A stretch of DNA of 64,000 bases from Octopus sinensis (taxonomy: Eukaryota): positions 184,574,001 to 184,638,000 of the forward strand of contig NC_042998.1 in assembly GCF_006345805.1 (NCBI RefSeq). Reading direction: 5' to 3'. The notes under the pieces are model-generated. The model saw only the letters and a program-made list of their open reading frames with translations. It made no database searches and had not been told where the DNA came from. Shown here one piece after another: positions 12,152 through 26,572 of the stretch (its first letter is position 1; each line of letters opens with the position of its first letter). Both the position numbers and the translations under genes were made by a program.

Positions 12152-13272
12152 TTTATTTGCATATTATATTTGAAAATTTTTTACTTATATCTCTTTATCT
12201 TTTTAACTATTACTGTATATCTCATTCTTTATATATTGCCTTTACTCATATGTAATGTGTATTAAAGTATGGATTGAGTATCATCGGATAGTTGATGTTT
12301 TACTGATTTAAGTATGTTTCTCCATTCTCTAATTTGTAGTAATAATATATATAATATATATATATATTATATATATATATATTATAATTACTTAAATATC
12401 TATACATATACATATACATACATACATACATACATATATGTATTGTATGTATTTATGTATGTATGTAATGTATGTATGTATATGTATATGTATATATATA
12501 TATGTGTGTGTGTGTATATAAATAAGGATAAGATCGTTAATTTAAAATAAAATAACAAACTTATCAAGTGGTCAGCATTGAAAAAATAACCTTCAAAGGT
12601 AATAATTATTAAAATTATAGGTGGTTTTAGAGTCAGTTCATGGCTGCTATTTTCAGCATGGTGGTATCTCGTAGATACCCTAATTTATAATTATATATAT
12701 ATATATATATATGTTTTTATGTTTTATATGCGTATGTTTGTGTTTGCGCGCGCGTATTTGTGCGGGTTGGTACTTGCATGTTTTTATCTGTATGTGCGTA
12801 TCTCTTTAAATCGAGCCTGTTAAATGTAGTTGTATAGACAATGGCTATAAATGTAGTTTACAGGAGAAAGAGAAAAAAGAACAATACAAACGTCATTCGC
12901 TAACGTAAATCTGTATAAGAGACTGGAAAGAGTTGATTGATTGAATGCGCGGTATATTGCAAGATGGATCGAAAGAAAGTTAGTGTCATCTGTATGCAAA
13001 ACTGATGTTTGCAAAGTTGTATGACAGCTTGTAGTGCCACGTAATATGTCAGGTCACTGGATTTTCCATGTTAAAGACTTTAAAGTCATTTTGGCGTAAC
13101 ATCTTTCTTCTTTCTTAATATTTTGATTTTGTTTCAATATTATATTTAATATTTTAGGCAAGCGAAAATATATCGTAAATAAATTGAAAATTACATAGAT
13201 ATACACAGATGTATGTATGTATCTTCTATTTTTTTTAATTATACATATATGTATATATGTATGTATTTCTCT

Positions 13273-13671
13273 TTCTCTTTTACTTGTTTCAGTCATTTGA
13301 CTGCGGCCATGCTGGAGCACCGCCTTTAGTCGAGCAAATCGACCCCGGACTTATTCTTTGTAAGCCCAGTACTTATTCTATCGGTCTCTTTTTGCCGACT
13401 GCTAAGTGACGGGGACATATAAACAACAGCATCGGTTGTCAAGCAATGTTGGGGGGGACAAACACAGACACACAAACACATACACATACACATACATATA
13501 TATATATATATACTACATATATACGACAGGCTTCTTTCAGTTTCTGTCTGCCAAATCCACTCACAAGGCATTGGTCGGCCCTGGGCTATAGCAGCAGACA
13601 CTTGCCCAAGGTGCCACGCAGTGGGACTGGTTGGTAAGCAAGCTACTTACCACACAGCCACTCCTGCGCCT
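13273..13671 (-). mobile_element. SINE family A, near full length
   Basis: Reverse complement of the 26189 element, with a small deletion in the head. Confidence 0.85.
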
Positions 13672-15228
13672 TGTATGTATGTTACATGCACATACATACA
13701 CAAATATATGGAGTTCATATATGTGCTGTGTGTATATGCTGTATATTTGCTCATATCTGCTTATACATCTTGGCAATGGACACAATGAAAATTTACAATA
13801 TACAGCAACATATATAGACATACAGAAAATTATATGTATATCATCTTTCTCTCTATTCATTGCCGATTACACTGCTATTCATGGCCAATTCTTAAACTTG
13901 TCAAATAATTAATCTTGTATTCACATTAAAACCTAACCACACAACAAGCCTACCACTGAGTTTGCTGTAATTTTGCAATCCCTTCCATTTATTTACAATG
14001 GTTGCAGTTATTATTTAACACATGCCTGTAATTAATCCAAGTCTTTAGTTTTGATTTTATCTGAAAATTAGCACATAAATGTCTCTCAATATTCCTCAAT
14101 TAAGCAAGCTAAGGTGTTTTAAGATCTTTTTCACAAAATTAAATCATTCACCGGAGTTACTGGTGCAGCAAAGAGGAGGATCATACATTTAATCACAGAA
14201 CCCTCTGGAAAGGTTACTATTTTGGGTAAAGAAAGCAGACTAGTAGTTTATTGTTACTAGTATGCAAGCTGTAGCTTGATCAATTCTGGCTACGTCAACT
14301 AGGCGAGCGTGTTTGATGTTGAAAGGCCTGAAGGCCCAAGAAACATTACTGATGAGGCCTCTCAGAGTATCAACGAGAAGTTTTGGGGGACTAAAAATTA
14401 TTCGTTATTCATATTATTTCCTGAGTATGGAAATATCTTTTGGCATTATCGATACACAGACACAAACATATAAAGAGAAGCAAACACAAGCACAAAATAC
14501 ATACAATTTTTACACGAGTTTATTATTCTTTTAAGAGACACATATAAGTATAAACCTACACTTATATTAATACTTATTGATTTTCAGAGGTTGAGAGCTG
14601 AGATTTTGCCTGGGTGACTACATTAGAAAAAAAGCATATCCAGATCAAGCTGTTATACACCACACTTATGTGAAATGAGGCACAATAGAACAGTTTAATG
14701 GATATGAATTTGCGACCCATGAGCCGGTACATCAATATGTTAGCTATTCATCCATCTAGTTTATACACAAATATTTGTTGTTGCTGATGTTGCTTAGCAC
14801 CTGGTCAACCATGATGGAGCAGTTTTATGAATAAGAGCATTCAATCCATGACCTTCCCATTTATTTTTTACGGGCAAGAAACTCAGGTCCACACTGTAGA
14901 ACATGTCTTTCTTAAGACGGCAGTTATCAAAGAAAATTGGTTTTTCATGTTTACGCCAGGAAAAAAATTTAGCAAAATCTCTTTACCTCAAAGTAGAAGC
15001 TGATGGAGAGGTGGAGAAATGCTGAAGCAGAAGAAAAAAAACAGGAACAGGAGCAGAAATTCAGAGGTCAACATTAAAATTCTACCTGGGTTGAGCTTTC
15101 AAATGTCTTAGCAATAAAACAATAACCAATCATATTGTATTGAGTGAATCCTTCAATTAAACATTTCTTTTCTGTCGGATACGAAAAAGCTTTTGACATG
15201 TTAAAATGAATCACGATAAAGTTAATTC

Positions 15229-15655
15229 GGATCTTTTCGGTTTGAACGGCAGTTTTTTCTAGCGGTGTCATATGAAATTGTCACCCATAATTATGACCCT
15301 AGAATCGATCTATTGCATTTCAATCTGTTTTAGGGTTAGGGTTAGTTAGGGTTAGGGGTGGGGGGGAAGGGTATCTTTTTTTTCTTCACAAATGTAAATA
15401 AACCCAATCTGTTTCTTAAACGAGGGACATATTCATACGGCACAGTATGCTTTTTAACTCAATAGACATCACTGATTGGTTGAAATTGCAGAAATTGAAG
15501 AAAAAACAACAAATATCTTAAAAACTATAGAATTTTCTCAATAAAGCCAAGAGAAAAAGATGTTTTATAAACACATTCTACCAGTATACGAAGTTAAAAA
15601 TTTTTTAGTTACCTAGAAATTATGTTAAAAACTACTGTTCAAACCGAAAAGACCC
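15229..15655. mobile_element. MITE-like element with ~28-bp terminal inverted repeats and internal TTAGGG repeats
   Basis: Left end is ggatcttttcggtttgaacggcagttttt and right end is aaaaactactgttcaaaccgaaaagaccc. The tract ttagggttagggttagttagggttagggg lies at 15330-15358. Confidence 0.7.
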
Positions 15656-17221
15656 GTGAATTCGTTAAATGACTTTTTTGTGCTCTTGAATAAGAATATT
15701 TCTTTAACTTATCCATGCTATAACATCATCCACACTATAATATATCGAGACAGGGAATATTCTGTAGCATAAAGTATTTAACTCAAATTGCTTTAGTTTA
15801 ACTGGAAAAAAACTTAGCAACACGCTACAACCACTACTAACTGACACGCTGTTTCTTTTCTATGTATTTTCTACCACTACTTCTGTAGGTTCTGCTGTTC
15901 TGAACTATTAACCAGTATTCCATCTCTACGGAAATCAACTTGATGTATTTACTTCTCATCTCTCAGACATCATATTAAACATTTTACCTCATCATACTTT
16001 CCTAGAGCTTCAGCCGCATCGAATTTATTCTTTCCTTTCGTTTTTCTTAGAGTCATAAGAGTGACACAGATTGCAATCAATGCATCAACTGCATTGCTCT
16101 GCTCAATCTAGGTAAGCTTGTAAAGAACTTGGGTGCTTTGCTTTTCTCTGAACAAATAATTTTAAATTTTCAATGCAGATTGGAAATAATACTGTAAAAG
16201 TAATCTGTCAGTATATAATATTACTAAGGAAACAAGAGGTTAAGATCAAATGAAAAAACGAAATAAGTATCACGAGAATGTGTTATATTCTGTAAAACAT
16301 AAGAATGGCTGTTCTATAATTTCACAAAAAAACAATTGAAAATGAAGTGTTCCTAAAATGAAAAGCAATTAAATATCGCAAAATTTAACTAAAGTAGTTA
16401 ATTATAAGAAAAGACCAAAACAAAAAAAAAAGTACATGAAAATTGACAAAACAATAGTAACTGAGAAAATAAATAACGAAAACTGACAGAGAAGATGATA
16501 GGTGCCTGCAGCCACCACATCAGTTGAGAATCGATCAACGACAACGTCAACGACAACAACAATAACAACGAGAGCAATAGTAACACCAACAAAAAGAAGC
16601 ATTTATCTTTTCTTCGTTTCTTATATGTCCAATAGAGAAAAATCTCATTTCACCGCTCTTTCTTTGTCATGGTTACAACAACAAATGTAAAACACAACTA
16701 TTATAAAATCTCTTTAATAATAATGAAAAAGACGAGGAACAAGAAAGAAATGGAAAGAAAGACCAAAAAAAAATCAAAGAGAAAAACATAAAGAAAAGTG
16801 AAAAATAAAAGAAAACTTTGATGAATTGACAGATGAATTCAGGAAAACTGAAAGGTATAATAGATAGGTGCGTTGAAACAATGACTGTTATGGTTGAGTT
16901 TTGATGGATTTTTCGAAAAAAATAAGATAAATAATAAAAGTATAAAAATAAAAAAAGTAACATAAATATCACCCCCCTTCCTCTCACAATTTAGTTTTGT
17001 TAAACAAGTAACATAAAAATTAAACTATTCAAATATTCAATTTTATGTAGGTGTTCTCTGTCTGTCTGTTTGACTGTCTGTCTCCTCTCTCTCTCTCTCT
17101 CTCTCGCTCACACACATGCATACGTATATATGTGGTTCTGTATATATATGGATGTATCTGTGTATGTGTGTGTATGTGCATATATATATATATATATACA
17201 TACACCATATATATATATATG

Positions 17222-17325
<104 letters not shown>

Positions 17326-17328
17326 CAT

Positions 17329-17428
<100 letters not shown>

Positions 17429-18160
17429 TATCGTGATTAATGATTAAAACATCTGTAAGTAGTACGTGAAGACATTTGTCAATACATACATAAAACCTGA
17501 TAAATTACTTGGTTACTTCGTCTGTGTGAAATATTTATAAATGTCTGTTGTTCTTGGTTGACTTTTTGTAATTAGTACTATCAATAAACTAGTAGTTAAC
17601 GCTACTACTTTAAGTAGAAGGCAGAAAAAATGGAGGTGATGACGTTTATAATTTTCCCCCAAGAGCACTGACAACTATAATGAAGTGAGATATTTGCAAC
17701 CAGGAACAGAAAGTGCGTAGTTGACCCATAACTCAAATAGCGTACATTCTTCTATGCATGTATGCATAGATGTTTGTGATTTGATTTTCTTCACTTGCGT
17801 TTAGTATAATCAAATGCGACACTAAACTAGCAGAGTACACGTCAATATAACCATTTATAATAGTGTTACACTAACCTAGTCGTCTGTTTTATTCTAATTA
17901 AACGAAACAACGATGGACTGAATTACAACAGAATAAGATTCGTATATGGATATTTGTAGTAATGTAGAACAGACAGTGAAAATTGACTTTATAATGCTCT
18001 AAAATTAAATACTGAAGTTACAGTAGAAAATGTAAATAATAATGCAAAGCTGTAAAAGTACAGCTGAAACTTAACAATTGATTTCAGCAGCTTTCAGATC
18101 ATGTTCATTTAAATTATAACATTGGGATAAATCATAGAAATCTTGTCATTTTATAGCAAA

Positions 18161-18533
18161 CTAGCACGATGACCCGGCAACACCGGGTCATAGTGCTAGT
18201 GCATGCATATACAGCTGCGTGAGTGCGCACATACACGCGAGTACTGTCCAAATCTCCGACCAATCACATACAGCTAGCTGGCATTCAATTGGCGTATCAA
18301 GTTTCGGGCATTTTGATTGGGTTTTGGATAGAAAATTCACAAAAAGTCACTTCTATTGATTTTTTAATGGCTTTGCGGGGTGACTGGGGAAATGTAAAGA
18401 TGTGCACGACCGCCCTTGGACGGTTTTGAATGACCATAGAAAGTGCGAGCGCTCTAACTGAAAAGTTGTGGATTTGTATAAAGGATACACACACACACAC
18501 AGACAGGCATTTTGCAGTTTATATATAGAGAGA
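18161..18533 (-). mobile_element. Complete non-autonomous Helitron (~373 bp)
   Basis: On the minus strand the 5' end is A|TCTCTCTATATATAAAC followed by a (TG)n microsatellite. The 3' end is a GC-rich hairpin gacccgg-tgttg-ccgggtc followed by atcgtgCTAG|T. It is inserted between A and T with no TSD. Confidence 0.75.
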
Positions 18534-19086
18534 TATACACACCTGAGCACATTGAAATATTTAGGATGGTGATAGTTATTGTCCTCAGTGGTGCATAGAG
18601 CACAAATTTGTTGTACAGGTACATACCAAATGATGTGTTAAATGATGTAGATAGTATTTAGTGCTGAGCTAAAGAGATTTAGTGTGGAAAACAAAAAAAC
18701 TTAAGCAGTCGATGAGTTTGAATTTTCTATCCATCAGTCAGCATTCCCCATCCATTAACCCATCCAAGAGAATTCATGAGGAGTTTCAAAGTGTAGCAGA
18801 AATAACACAAAATTTCTATAACTGTCATTATATCAGAGTAGTTGGAGACAAGATTCTCTCTCTACATTCGTAAAGGAAACTTGAAAGGAAATTATGGTGT
18901 TTTCACGAAAGTTCATTAACCAAAAAAGATGCGGTGACTGTGAGACATTGTTAACTATAGAAGGGAATGCAAAGGGAATTTTCAGACTAAGGACAACGTA
19001 TGTTATGCAGAAACACTAAATATATAAGAAATTTGTTCAGGAAAGTAATTGTTATTATATTGTAACATAAATCTGTACTATACCTT

Positions 19087-19505
19087 ATGTATGTATGTAT
19101 GTATGTATGTATGTATGTATGTATGTATGTATGTATGTATGTATGTATGTATTTATGTATGTATGTATGCATGTATGTCTGTATGTATGTATTTATGTAT
19201 GTATGTATGCATGTATGCATTCATGTATGTATGTATGTAATGTATGTATGTATGGTATGTATGCATGTATGTATGCATGCATGCATATATGTATGTATGT
19301 ATATATGTATGTATGTATATATGTATGTATGTATATATGTATGTATGTATGTATGTAATGCATGTATGTATGTATGCATGCATGTATGTATGCATGTAGG
19401 TATGTATGCATGCATGCATGTATGTATGTATGTATGTATGTATGTATGTATGTATGTATGCATGTTTGTATGTATGTAAGTATGTATGTATGTATGCATG
19501 CATGC

Positions 19506-19538
<33 letters not shown>

Positions 19539-19856
19539 TGTATGTATGTATTATGTATGTATGTATGCATGTATGCATGTATGTATGTATGTATGTATGT
19601 ATATATGTATGTATGCTTGTATGCAAGCCTGTATGCATATATGAATGTATGTATGAATGTATGTATGTATGTATGTATATATGTATGTATGTATGTATGT
19701 ATGCATGTATGTCTGTATGCATGCATGTATGTATGCATGTAGGTATGTATACATGCATGCATGTATGTATGTATGTATGTATGTATGTATGTATGTATGT
19801 ATGTATGTATGCATGTATGTATGTATGTAAGTATGTATGTATGTATGCATGCATGC

Positions 19857-19889
<33 letters not shown>

Positions 19890-20010
19890 TGTATGTATGT
19901 ATGTATGTATGCATGCATGCATGCATGCATGCATGCATGCATGTATGTATGTATGTATGCATGCATGTATGTATGCATGCATGTAGTATGTATGTATGTG
20001 TATGTATGTG
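19087..20010. repeat. ~920-bp (ATGT)n/(ATGC)n compound satellite
   Basis: Directly visible. It generates the long YVCM/HTYI ORFs. Confidence 0.95.
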
Positions 20011-20941
20011 CAAAACTTCTATATGGAAAATGTTTGTAGTAACTTCGAAGTTTCGGCTCGCTCGCCTCGTCACACTTCAAAATCACTGTTTAACCTTTCC
20101 CTTGTAAAAGTTTAATAAGCATGTAACGTTAAATTGTACAAACACACACACACACACGCACACACACACACATCACGCACCACACACACACATACAAACA
20201 CACGCACATCTTTTCAGAAAAAACTCAGATTAAAAAGAAGAGAAAAAAAACAAGGACAAAAGCAAGAGAGTGTAATGTTATCGTTAAAAGTGAAAGTACA
20301 ATCGAAGTAGTTAATCGTATTGCATCTCACGTCATATTAGGTGATATATAGTGACCGACGGGGACCTTTCACCAACGCAAGAAAAGGAGTTGTGATTGTG
20401 GCCAATCCGTATGTCGAGAGACCGAGCAAAATTAAGCAAATCAAGCTAAAAATGCCCACCGCCTTCCCGACAAACAAACTATAACTATTATTTGAAAAAG
20501 GTTACTCCATCCTTGGAATAAATAAATAAATAAACAAATAAATAAATATGTTCCTAGGAAAGAAGTGTTGAAGCAAGCATGTGGAAAATGTAAGTAGTAT
20601 CATTTATATATGGGTAGAGGTGTCTCAGCGGAGCGTAGGGAGCAGGGGATAGAGAGGTTCAACTAGCAAGGAACGAACAATGGAATAGCGAAACCATTGC
20701 TAGCGACATTTGGCATTATATATTGGGCGCGCTGATGTTATAAGCATTGGCGGAGAAGTGGATAAAATGTTTCACACACGGACCTGGCGGGAACAGATCA
20801 ATAGCCTTTCACGAAGAGAATAATAATAAAAAAATAAAAACTGACTGACCACTAGTAAAAAAAAAGGCATAAAACAAAAAGCAATTAGCGATGGCATCAA
20901 TAACAAATGGATGGGTTAAGTGAATATCATCATCATCATCA

Positions 20942-20998
<57 letters not shown>

Positions 20999-21117
20999 CA
21001 TTATTATTATTATTAATGTTATTGTTATTATTATCATTATTATTATTATTATCATTATTATTATTATTATTATTATTATTGATATAATGTATGGAAGGGC
21101 TTGGTGATACAGGAGAG

Positions 21118-21163
<46 letters not shown>

Positions 21164-22350
21164 AAGGAACCGTTTGATCCCTGTTTTCTTTTCCTTGTGT
21201 TAGTTTGATTGTCTCTCTCATTAAGAAAGCGATATTATAGTGACTTAGGTACTTATAGACCCGTACAAATAAACACTCATGTACACACACGAATATACGC
21301 ATACACACATACTCACTCACATACATATACTTATATACACAAACAGAAGTACGCTTACATTAGCACGTACGCACATAAACAGAGGCGAGAGGACAAAGAA
21401 TTTGCCACATCTTTGCAGACAAATAATTGCAATCACATTTGGCAATCAAAACACAAACACGAATACAAATATATGTACAGATTCACATACACACACTCAC
21501 ACACATACACTCGCACACACACATGAATACTGGCAGACATATACACAGACACACACACACGCATGAGCATACACACAAGTACACACACACACATACACAT
21601 ACAAACATGTAACACCATATGCTCACAATGTGACTGGTATATATACAAGGACAAAGTTTGACCGGGAACATCAAATACACATACCCACACATACACGCAC
21701 ACATGAATACATGCAAATACACACACACACACATACACTAAATAATGAATAAACACAATGACACATGCACATAACTACAGACTAACACATACACGAATCC
21801 ATCCATCCACATATAAACACAAAGACTCACAATCCGGCCGGATGTATATACAGACTGCAGATAATGAATTGAGATACGTAGAAATGACACAATTTCTCAC
21901 GTACCCACACTAACTCACACAACCACTCACACATACTTGCCCCCCCCCCCCACACACAAACACACACACACACGCACACATACACACACACACACACCAC
22001 ACATACACACACACGGACATTCTCAGACACTCATAACTATAAAAATGAAGTGCATCACAGAACACAAAGATCGTGCGTTGATTTGATATGTGCCACTGAA
22101 TTTATTATTCTCTGTTAATCCTAATGGATTATAAAGGATTAATTTAATAAACCTTTCGGTTAACGAATTGGTTCAGATGTCTTTACTGTTTTTTTTCCTT
22201 CTTTTCTCTTTTATTGACCATTTACGGTCATTTCATTTTGTGTGACAATGTAGCTTTCTTGTCATTCCACACTTTTGTTATTATGAACGTCCAATATATA
22301 AATATATATTCAGATACATACATGTATATGTAGACATACATATACATATG

Positions 22351-22467
<117 letters not shown>

Positions 22468-22686
22468 GGAAGAGCGTAGCTTAGAGCTTTTGGTGTTGTG
22501 TTCATGATCATAAAAATGTGGTTTCGAATCCTGTACCGGGAGATGCGTTGCTCCTGTCCATTTAGCTCGCAAAAATGAATAATCCTGCTGTGGCAGACCG
22601 GTGTTCTGTCCAGTGGGTGAATATATTCGCTACAGAAATCGAAGAAACGGCCTAATTAATCTGTGGCTTGGGAAAGACCATTGATC

Positions 22687-22735
<49 letters not shown>

Positions 22736-25185
22736 GTATAAATCTGCGTAATCATATTTAATAGAGATGTATCACGTAAATCCAAATTTACTGCCGTATT
22801 TGTCCAGAGATAACATCTTGCTGTGTTAAATAAAACAAAAGTAAATCAGTAGGAAACGAAAATCATCCAGCAGCTGTGACGTGAATGCTAGATGCTCATT
22901 TCTGCCTTTTTGGCCTTCTTCAGCATTATGTATCCGCTGGCCACTGCATGCAAGGCAAAATATCTCGTTACAGTGATTGATAAATCACTGACGTTGCAAT
23001 TAGCTGCTCACCTGAATAAAATTTCGTTATGTATAAGAGAAGCAGTATTTAGACGTATATGTATTTGTTCATTCACACAGAATGCATATAAGCACTTATC
23101 TCAACGAATGTATTAAATTCATGGCTTTAGTTTTTGCGAAAGTGATAGAATAGAAAATAGGATCACAAACACAGAAAGTACAGCTAGTTGCTAAATCTTA
23201 ACAGTTTCCCTCATTTGTTTTGTCCTAAATTGTTAAACCGATAATAACGTGGATTTGAATCTGATAATTTAATAATTTTCAGAAATTTATCTCGATAGTA
23301 AAAAATAAGACTATAAATCTAATTTTGATAATATTATTAATGAAAATAAAATTCGTATTCGGAATTTGACTGATTGTTCTTAGATACCTAAGATTATGTA
23401 ATTATTGAAGCTACTTTTTATGACTTCCTTGCAATCCAAAATTTTAGGTGATTAAGGAAGGAAAAGAATTCCTGATTGAATAAACTCTTAATTTTTTATG
23501 TTAGCAACCTTCTTTGATTTATAATACAGTTCTAAAATCAAGATTTCTTATATGAACATAAACTTTCAGACTTAAACCAGTCACGCGATGTTATAGTGCT
23601 TTCGATTTTCTCAGGAGTATTAGCACTAAAATTCAGCTTAATTAATAAGCGTAAATAAATCACTAATTAAAACTTGCAAGTAATTCTTACACTGAAGAAT
23701 AGCATATCTTGTATTCTCATTTCATACTTTACTCTCTTTGAAAATATAGCAGTGTTGACTGATTGCAGTTGAATCAGTTCATAAATGTTGTATTTATTAA
23801 AACGTGTGACTTTCAAGCACTGAACCGTGTCATTTGATACGTAAAACCCATTAAAGCACTGATTCTGTATATTATACATTTCGACACTCTAAAGAGAAAA
23901 TATAACTTCAGCATCAATGAAAGAGCTCACGGGATGTCTGTTATTTGAAATACTACAAACCGAAAATGAACTGCAAAAACCAATAAATCAATAAATAAAT
24001 ATCTACATAATTAAATAAAAACTAAAATTATTCTATTTCAGATTTCAACCATGCAAAAGAATTGAACCCTGTGAGACAGGAAATGTAAGCAAGGAAGCTA
24101 CATAGAACCTCAAGTCGTCATAGCTGGAGACACAGCGGACATGTAAAGGTAAAGTTATGGATCACCGTGCTTACATACCTGCAAACAACCAATCTCACAC
24201 ATATACACATTAAAATTTCCCAAAGATTTTTGTCACTTTACATTCGTGTACACATTCAAAGCTTCTATCGTGTTTACAGTATTTTTCTCAATTTGTACAC
24301 AAGTTTATAGCAATCTGAACATAGGTCTCTACTTCTTTACCAATTCTATATTTAGGATGTTTACACGAAATAGTCAATAGTTTATTCAAAACGTGAACGA
24401 TATTAAAAAACACGAGGACATAGCAATACAGACGTCTCTGTGAGCACACAATATCATTAAAACGCTCCATAAAAGAACAGGAAATTTTGCCATTGTCTGA
24501 CTCTTGCATGTCTGACGCATGTGTTTAGTTTGTTTTATTTTTCATGTAAAGTGTAAAATACAATACGCTATGTGTAAGCTGAGACGAAGCATAAACCCTC
24601 CATTTAACTTACAAGTCAATATAGGCTGAAGAATAATAGCTATAATTCTCAGTAGAAGTATCGGAAACATGGAGCAAACTTAAACAACTGGAACGAATTC
24701 ACGTTTGACAAGATGGGGAACATCGAACAGATTTAAGCACAAGTTAACAAAGCAAAACAAAGAAAACAACACTTGTAGGCATGCGCAGGCGCAAGCGTCC
24801 TATTGTTAGTTGATTTATTTTGTCTGTTGATGTATGTAGAAAAAGGAGCAGTTTCAACTATCGCTAGATGTGTCCAGTCGACACAATATTATTGTGTGAA
24901 GTGAACTGAGAGAGAGAGAGAAGGAGAAGGAGGGAGAGAGAGAGATAGTGATAGAGAGAGAGAGAGAGATTGTGAATGAGAGATAGAGAGAGTTAAAAGG
25001 ATTATTAAAAACGGCTCGACAGCGTTCGATCACGGAACTTCACATTGTGAATTCAACTATGAGGGCAAACAACTGTATGGGGAATTTAATTGATTTTTTC
25101 CCCCTTGTTTTTATCTATCTTTGACTAGATGTCTTATGGTCAAAATTTAGCTCCTCATGCACACATACACAAACACACACATACA

Positions 25186-25220
<35 letters not shown>

Positions 25221-25388
25221 ACACACATAAGCGTACGTCTAAACACGCGCATTCGCAGAGATATTTAATGGGACTTTCTGGTTGAGAGGGCACTTAGAAT
25301 ATTCAAATAATCAACTTCCTAAGATAATTTTAAAATGGGTATCCCAGTTTCCTTTATCTTATACAAAAATGATATAATAGAGTGAAAT

Positions 25389-25436
<48 letters not shown>

Positions 25437-25758
25437 TGGAGAAAGAGAGAAAGAGAAATTGAGAGAGAAAGAGAGACAAAGAGTGAAAGAGAGAGGGACA
25501 GAGAGAAAGAGAAAGAGAGAGTGTGTGTATGTGAGAGAGAGGGAGAGGGAGAGAGAGAAGGACTGTGTGAGGGTGAAAGGACATGTAATGATACCACTGA
25601 CATAATTCCACTACATTGTAAGATGCAGTGGAATTAGCAGAAATTCGACGAAACATTTTACCACTTCATAATAGACTGTACTATTAATAAATAAATGTAA
25701 GGGGAATACAGTAGGTTTTTTTTTGTTCTTAAATGTCTAAAATGCATCTTCAACGATG

Positions 25759-25875
<117 letters not shown>

Positions 25876-25904
25876 ATACAGCTACGTATTTTCCAGACTT
25901 TGTT

Positions 25905-26147
25905 GGGGAGCTGGTAGAATCGTTGGCACGCCGGGTAAAATGTTCAGCGGCATTTCGTCCGTCTTTACGTTCTGAGTTCAAATTCCGTCGAGGTCGACTT
26001 TGCCTTTCATCCTTTCAGGGTCGACAAAATAAGTACCAGTTAAACGCCGAAGTTGATAAAACAAAAGTAGCAGTTGAGTGTTGGGGTCGCGGTAATCGCC
26101 TTAACCCCCTACCTGAATTTGCCGGCCTCGTGTCAAAATTTGAAATC
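25905..26147 (+). mobile_element. SINE family B
   Basis: Homologous to the 48968-49201 head and body, with a short internal duplication. Further copies lie at about 29580-29790 (+), 42900-43085 (-), 58615-58735 (-) and 63400-63600 (-). Confidence 0.8.
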
Positions 26148-26188
26148 TCTCTCTCTCTCTCTATATATATATACACACATATACATAT

Positions 26189-26572
26189 AGGCGCAGGAGT
26201 GGCTGTGTGGTAAGTAGCTTGCTTACCAACCACATTGTTCGGGGTTCAGTCCCACTGCGTGGCACCTTGGGCAAGTGTCTTCTACTATAGCCTCGAGCCG
26301 ATGAAAGCCTTGTGAGTGGATTTGATAGACGGAAACTGAAAGAAGCCCGTTGTATATATGTATGTGTATATATATATGTAAGTGTGTTTGTGTGTCTGTA
26401 TTTGTCCCCCCAACATCGCTTGTGTTTACGTCCCCGTAACTTAGCGGTTCGGAAAAAGAGATCGATAGAATAAGTACTAGGCTTACAAAGAATAAGTCCT
26501 GGTTTCGATTTGCTCGACTAAAGGCGGTGCTCCAGCATGGCCGCAGTCTAATGACTGAAACAAGTAAAGAGT
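26189..26572 (+). mobile_element. tRNA-headed SINE, family A, full length
   Basis: Head aggcgcaggagtggctgtgtggtaag...ggttcagtccc, CORE-like ccttgggcaagtg, internal microsatellite, and tail ggcggtgctccagcatggccgcag...gaaacaagtaaaga. Several homologous copies occur in the window. Confidence 0.85.

Noticed and set aside
19153-20107. Long ORFs (up to 306 aa) and the many other YI/HT/VC/LSIY-rich ORFs in the track
   Set aside because: They are translations of (ATGT)n, (TA)n, (CA)n and (TATC)n microsatellites with no domain content.
22870-22935. Minus-strand CUGAAGA-AGGCC-aaaaa-GGCA-GAAA-U-GAGC-AUC hammerhead-like string, and a peptide ALHAVASGYIMLKKAKKAEMSI*
   Set aside because: Stem I does not form without sequestering the core and stem II is out of register. 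The peptide has an upstream stop and no recognisable family.
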